Origin: Blepharisma stoltei ATCC 30299
Taxonomy: Eukaryota; Protista; Ciliophora
Length of the DNA: 64,000 nucleotides
Reading direction: 5' to 3'
Assembly: GCA_965603825.1 (NCBI GenBank)
Contig: CBFDEM010000014.1
Span: 186,001 to 250,000, forward strand
The position numbers and the translations under genes were made by a program. Below are positions 59,128 to 64,000 of the stretch, one piece after another. Numbering within the stretch: position 1 is the stretch's first letter; every line of letters starts with the position of its first letter. Under the pieces are notes generated by a model. It searched no databases, was not told where the DNA came from, and saw only the letters and a list, made by a program, of their open reading frames with translations.

Positions 59128-60450
59128 ATGCAAATAAGACGCACTCTCAGTTCTTTTGGCCGCTATAGTGCTGATGCCAACAGAGAGACTTCAGCTTCTG
59201 CAGCGTTTCTATCAGGCTCAGAATTGTGGAGCTCTTTACCACCTACACACAAAAGTACTTTAACTTCAAAAACGACTCTCACTATTTACCAAAAAACCAA
59301 TGACAAAGCAGGAAATATCCCTAAACTGTTTCCAGGACAAATTTGTGTTTCTGATAGCAATCCTGACGTTCTCCAATGAAATTGGTCTAATGAAGAGTCC
59401 TTGAATTCTTTTAATTTGATGGAAATACAAAAAAATCAGTCAGAAGATAAAGGTTACCTTTGTGGAGTAAAAGCATTTGATAAAATTTCCAAGTTTCTTT
59501 CCCCACAAATCACAATTTCCCCACAGCAGGTGGTGGCGTTTGTAACTAATTGGGAAGTTCTTGCCTTTTTATTTGAAGATAAAGCTGTATGCAAAAACTG
59601 GGCTGCTGCTTTGAACGAGCTATTGGATGCTTTGGAACAAACTGAGAAACGACAGACTTTAGATCATAAGCGAACAACTTCAGATTTTATTGGATATCCA
59701 CAGAAAGTTGAAGTTGCCCAAAGTTCATCTTCTGCCATTTTTGATATAAGTGAGCCAAATCCCCCAAATGAGATGTGGAGAGATATAAAAGTGACCCTAG
59801 GAAGAGGAAATGGGGCGTCCTCTATAGAGTACTTTATATATGACCGAACCCAGGCAAATTTGTATGATTCCATCAGTGAGTTGATAAAAATCAATCAGGA
59901 TACCCTCGACAACACAAATTTGCAGCTACTAGAAGGATATTTGCGTGACATTACCAGGTGGGAAATTATGGATCGTCTTAATCATAGTGACTCAGTGATA
60001 AAAATTCGAGACAAAATGGTGGATTTTTCCAAATATAAAAGAAAGTTCAATAGAACTTTGAATCATGATTATGTGGAATTAAACGGAGATTACATGTCTA
60101 AGGAGCTAATAGCTCACATGAAACTCTATGAAAAATTTGACTATGGGGACAGGGTGACTGATGTAATTCAGTTGATTTATATGCAAAAACTCAGTCTGGC
60201 CATTGACATGCATGAGGTCTGTGTAAAAGCAAAAATAAAAAAATTGGCTGGAAAGCCCAGCATTGATAATATTGGGAAGCTTGATAGCATTGTGAAAGAA
60301 TCCAGCGTAAAGAAGAAAGAAGTAAGAGATGATGTAAGCAGAATGCTTGAAGAAATTGTGCAGCAGAGAAATAACTCAACTAATGACCTTCCAGAAAGCA
60401 GCGATAAGAAGTCATTTTTTAGAGAAGTATGCGAATGTAGACTGATGTAA
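59128..60450 (+). CDS. Protein with PH-like N-terminal region and C-terminal CaaX box, 440 aa
   Basis: TGA=W at 59377 joins the ORFs. PH-type terminal helix CKNWAAALNELL. Ends CECRLM. Confidence 0.7.
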
Positions 60451-60513
60451 TTTAAGATTCTGGATAAATTAAAATAATATCCTTTTTAAAATTACTATTA
60501 AATTATATTAAAA

Positions 60514-61695
60514 ATGGAGAGTATTGATGATCCTTGCACAACTCCGAGAGATGGCAGCAACCGAGAAATTTGGTCTGAAGAGATAGGGTTTTTGCCTTAC
60601 TCACTTTTGCTTGGTTGCCTTTATGACCGAGAAACTCCTCCTCCAACTTATACTTCAATTAGGGTTTTGAACAGAGAAAGACCTGGTGATAAACAATCCC
60701 AACTACGTGGATATGAGCTGGTGAAAGAAGGAGGGCTCAAATGTGTTGACGAGCAGGTTTTAGCGAAACAGAAAGGCATAATTATAGATGTTATTGGGCA
60801 AGTGACTGCTTGCTTACTACAGGGAAAAGGAGTTGTTGGATTAAGCTTACCAATCAGACTATTTGAACCTCGTTCTACATTAGAAAGAATGCTTGACAGA
60901 TGAAGCTTCATGCCAGTCTATTTTGATGGAATTAACAGGGTTGACCGATTAGAAAAATTCAAAAGAGTGATCGCAATGGCCATTGCAGGACTTTATATAA
61001 GTCCTTCTCAGGAAAAGCCATTCAACCCTCTACTAGGAGAAACCTTACAAGCTGAATGACCAAACGGCACCAAAGCATTTTGTGAGCACACTTCTCATCA
61101 TCCCCCTATTACGAATTTTTATGTGGAAAATCGGCATTTCAAGATGCATGGACATTTAGAGCTGACAGGAAAATTTAAAAAAAATTCTTTAATTGGAGGT
61201 TTTCATGGAAACGTCAATGTAGAGTTCACTGACGGGCAGAAAATATCGTTTACTTATCCAAGATTTAGGGCGGGAGGAATGATAATGGGCAGCAGAACTG
61301 TGAATTGGGAAGGAGACATGGAATTTGTAGACGAAGCAAATGGACTGATAGCGACGCTTATTTTTGGACCTGCAAAGAAAAAAGGATTTTTTTCGAAGGC
61401 TGTTGGGAAATTAGATGATTTTAAAGGAAGCATTATGGAAAATGATGAAAAAATTTGTGATGTTAGCGGAAGCTGGCTGAGAAATTTGGAGATTGGTGAT
61501 ACTGAGTATTGGAATATTGATACTCACAGACCTGTTTTTCACACTTTTCCAGCAAATCCATTGCCAAGTGATTGGAGATATAGAGAAGATTTAGTGTGGC
61601 TGCTTAAAGGAAATTCTGAAATAGCTCAGAAATGGAAGATTAAAGTAGAAAATAGACAGAGAGATGACAGAAAACTAAGAGGGTTGAAGTATTAA
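60514..61695 (+). CDS. Oxysterol-binding protein-related protein (ORD only), 393 aa
   Basis: LSLPIRLFEPRSTLER, KPFNPLLGET, EHTSHHPP, LPSDWRYRED. Two TGA=W. Confidence 0.95.
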
Positions 61696-61797
61696 CTAAG
61701 AATTATATTTTATTGACTAATTTCTGGTTATGTAGGTATTAGTTAAACGTTTATGTTTTCAAAATCACTCAGTTGTAATATAATCTAATAGTTCCTA

Positions 61798-63741
61798 TTA
61801 AAGAAAGTAGCTTTTGGATTCTTTTTTATATGAAGGGATATCAGATGAGTATTTAATCATGCTTTGCTCTACACTTTCTTTATATTTACCTGCAAGCTCT
61901 TCTACCAAAACATCAGCTCTTTTATTCGGGATTCTGGATTTAAAATTCCTAAGAAAATTGGGAGGTGCAACTCTTCTGTGAATGATCTTTTTATTCGGAC
62001 TTTTTTTAGAATACCTTGTAAAAGGACTGACATAGTGATTTGGGCTTGATGGACTATCAGCATTGGATACTCTTGTATCAACTCTTCTATGTATGTGGTA
62101 GATTGATCTATCCACAGGAGACTCCTCAGTTTTTACTCTTTCTGGATTTGGTGTTGATTCAATTCTGCTATGTTTAGGAGATATTGTTATACTGCCCTGC
62201 TGATTTGTAGATCCAGGACTCATCTCTCTTGATTTATCGCCAATATTAGTACCAGATTCTCTTATCTTTTCAATTCCTGGGTCTTTTTTTTCTTTTATGA
62301 GGAATTTTGCAGGTATTTTACTTAAAGATGAAAAATCCAATGATTTTTTAGCTTCTTCAATTCTTGTCAGCTGGGTTACTCTATGTTTAAAATATTCATT
62401 GTTGGCATTATGCTTGTCTCTTATTTGTGCCCATGTATCAGGGTACGCAATTCCTGTATTCAAGTTCTAATTATAGCTTACATCTCTACTGATACATAGC
62501 AATTCTCCTTCATCAGACCAGCATTGGCACGAATGAATTCTTTTTTCATGATTTTCAAGCGCTTCTTCCATCCCTATCATTTCGTTTTTTCCTTTAATAA
62601 CAAGCTGCAATTGCTTTTGCACCTCAATTTTTCTCATTTTTCCCAGCCTCAGCACAGTCCCGTTGCTACTCAATCGACTCCTTTTAGTATCTAGGCACGA
62701 GGTATCAACAACCCCTTTCTTTTCACTATGGAGTTTTGTAATCTAAATAATTTTTACCTTAAATTCCCCTGACTTTACAAAATATACAGTATTAGCAGGT
62801 TCTCCTTCTTTATATACATACTGGTGTTTTTTGAACGAAATTCGTTTAAAATAATACCCTAACTTATAGAGCGCAATTTTTGTTCAATTTGAAAAAATTG
62901 GCAAAGCTTGGAGAAATTCGACTTTTTCATTTAGCCTTTTTTCGGAAATAATCCCAAGAATTTTTTTAAAATTTGGCTTGGTTATGACTCCTAATAAAAT
63001 CTTTTCTTCTGTTATAAGGGTAGCAGCTCTTGGTCTATCACTTATAAGTGCTAATTCTCCAAAGCTTCCGCCTTCAGAGATTATGGAAACCTTTGTTAAT
63101 TCCTCTGTTTCAATTTCTACAACTCTTGTTTCTGGAGACTGTTTTGATAAGAAATCGAGAATGACAGACTTTTCTTCATCGATTTTGTCTTTAAATAAAT
63201 CATTCATTCTTAGTAGTTCGTTTGATTGAGGATTATCAAGTTCTTCATTCTTTTTTACGAATTTTTCTTGTATAGAAGCATTAAGGGAAAATAGGTCAAC
63301 CGCATTCATAACTCTAGCTCCTCGTCTTCTTTTTTTCCGAGGATCAAATTTTATTTCAGCTATTTCATCATCACTTGATGAAGAACTAGATGCTCCAGTT
63401 ATCATTTTTTGCAATTTTTCAGGTACCACATTGCTCAGATTTAATGTGACCTTTTTCTTTGTAGGGATATTAACGGACGCGGAGCCTTTTAGTATGATAT
63501 AAAAATTTGATCCAATTTCCCCAAAATTTACAATTACATCGCCCGGGTTATGTTCTTCCAGAGTCATTACTTGGCAACAAGCTTTATGAATTTCAGACGA
63601 CTTTTGCTCTTCAGTTATCTTTTTAAAAAATTCTGTTTTTGCTGTAAGATTCATAAGATAATTAATATCATCATTGCTGCGGAGTCTAGAAGGAATTTGC
63701 AATATTTGAATTATTCGCGATGTATCATAAGAGGTAGACAT
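61798..63741 (-). CDS. Tandem cNMP-binding domain protein, about 637 aa (frame stays open to ATG 63927)
   Basis: FYIILKG..GGSFGELALISDRPRAAT and VYKEGEPANTVYFVKSGEF. TGA=W at 62884. Introns 62743-62757 and 62467-62481. Confidence 0.88.
62467..62481 (-). other. 15-nt intron GTAAGCTATAATTAG
   Basis: Removes an in-frame TAG. A10. Confidence 0.9.
62743..62757 (-). other. 15-nt intron GTAAAAATTATTTAG
   Basis: Removes an in-frame TAG after SGEFK. A10. Confidence 0.9.
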
Positions 63742-64000
63742 ACGTGAATTGTATTTATTATATTTTATAATATTTCGACCATATGAATCATCAAAATATG
63801 CAAATGCATAGGTAATATTTTTGCTATTTCTAGCAAGTCTGGATTTTGACAAATTTACCAATAATTCTCCAAATGAATTATAAATAAATTGAATAAAAAA
63901 TAAATTCTGGTCGAGCTTATGACACATTTTAATGTTAGTTAGGTATATTTAGTGATATATATTATCCTTTGGATTGTTTATATTATATTGATTTCAAATA

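Noticed and set aside
9595-61695. Numerous ORFs interrupted by TGA, which look like pseudogenes or selenoproteins
   Set aside because: The TGAs fall at conserved Trp positions in unrelated families and the frames stay intact, so this is codon reassignment rather than decay or Sec.
1-64000. Prokaryotic or mitochondrial origin suggested by the table-4-like code and tight gene packing
   Set aside because: Genes are eukaryotic nuclear (IFT139, ATG8, Myb, CDK, RPSA) and carry spliceosomal GT-AG introns.
1-64000. IESs, transposases, telomeric repeats, tRNA and rRNA genes
   Set aside because: No gene is interrupted by anything other than 15-nt introns, and I saw no such motifs by eye. An intergenic IES or an atypical small RNA cannot be excluded without tools.

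Overview
This is gene-dense, AT-rich eukaryotic DNA that reads as somatic (macronuclear) sequence of a heterotrich ciliate, most consistent with Blepharisma. Two properties explain the fragmented ORF track. First, in-frame TGA encodes Trp (about 60 cases, many at invariant Trp positions), while TAA and TAG are the stops. Second, introns are 15-nt GT..AG units with an invariant A at position 10 (13 found). Re-reading on those rules gives 45 genes. Recognisable ones include TMEM17, two tandem SVOP-like MFS transporters, NIFK/Nop15, an ADP-ribosylglycohydrolase, an SK-type K+ channel, R2R3-Myb, a CDK, a PGP/SHIPPO-repeat protein, an ER DnaJ, ERD2-like, GDH, an HMG-box protein, PDI, a cyclin, a CPLANE1-like protein, ATG8, IFT139/TTC21B, CCDC13, RPSA and OSBP. 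I found no rRNA, tRNA, transposase, telomere or IES. The best candidates for new biology are: a tandemly duplicated receptor-like membrane protein built on a catalytically dead M14 carboxypeptidase whose dead active site differs between copies; a 1057-aa hydrophobic-repeat membrane protein with an internal F-box; an FN3 ORF in frame with and 12 nt upstream of the ADP-ribosylhydrolase; and apparent avoidance of UGA-Trp near gene 3' ends. All family calls come from motif recognition, not database searches.
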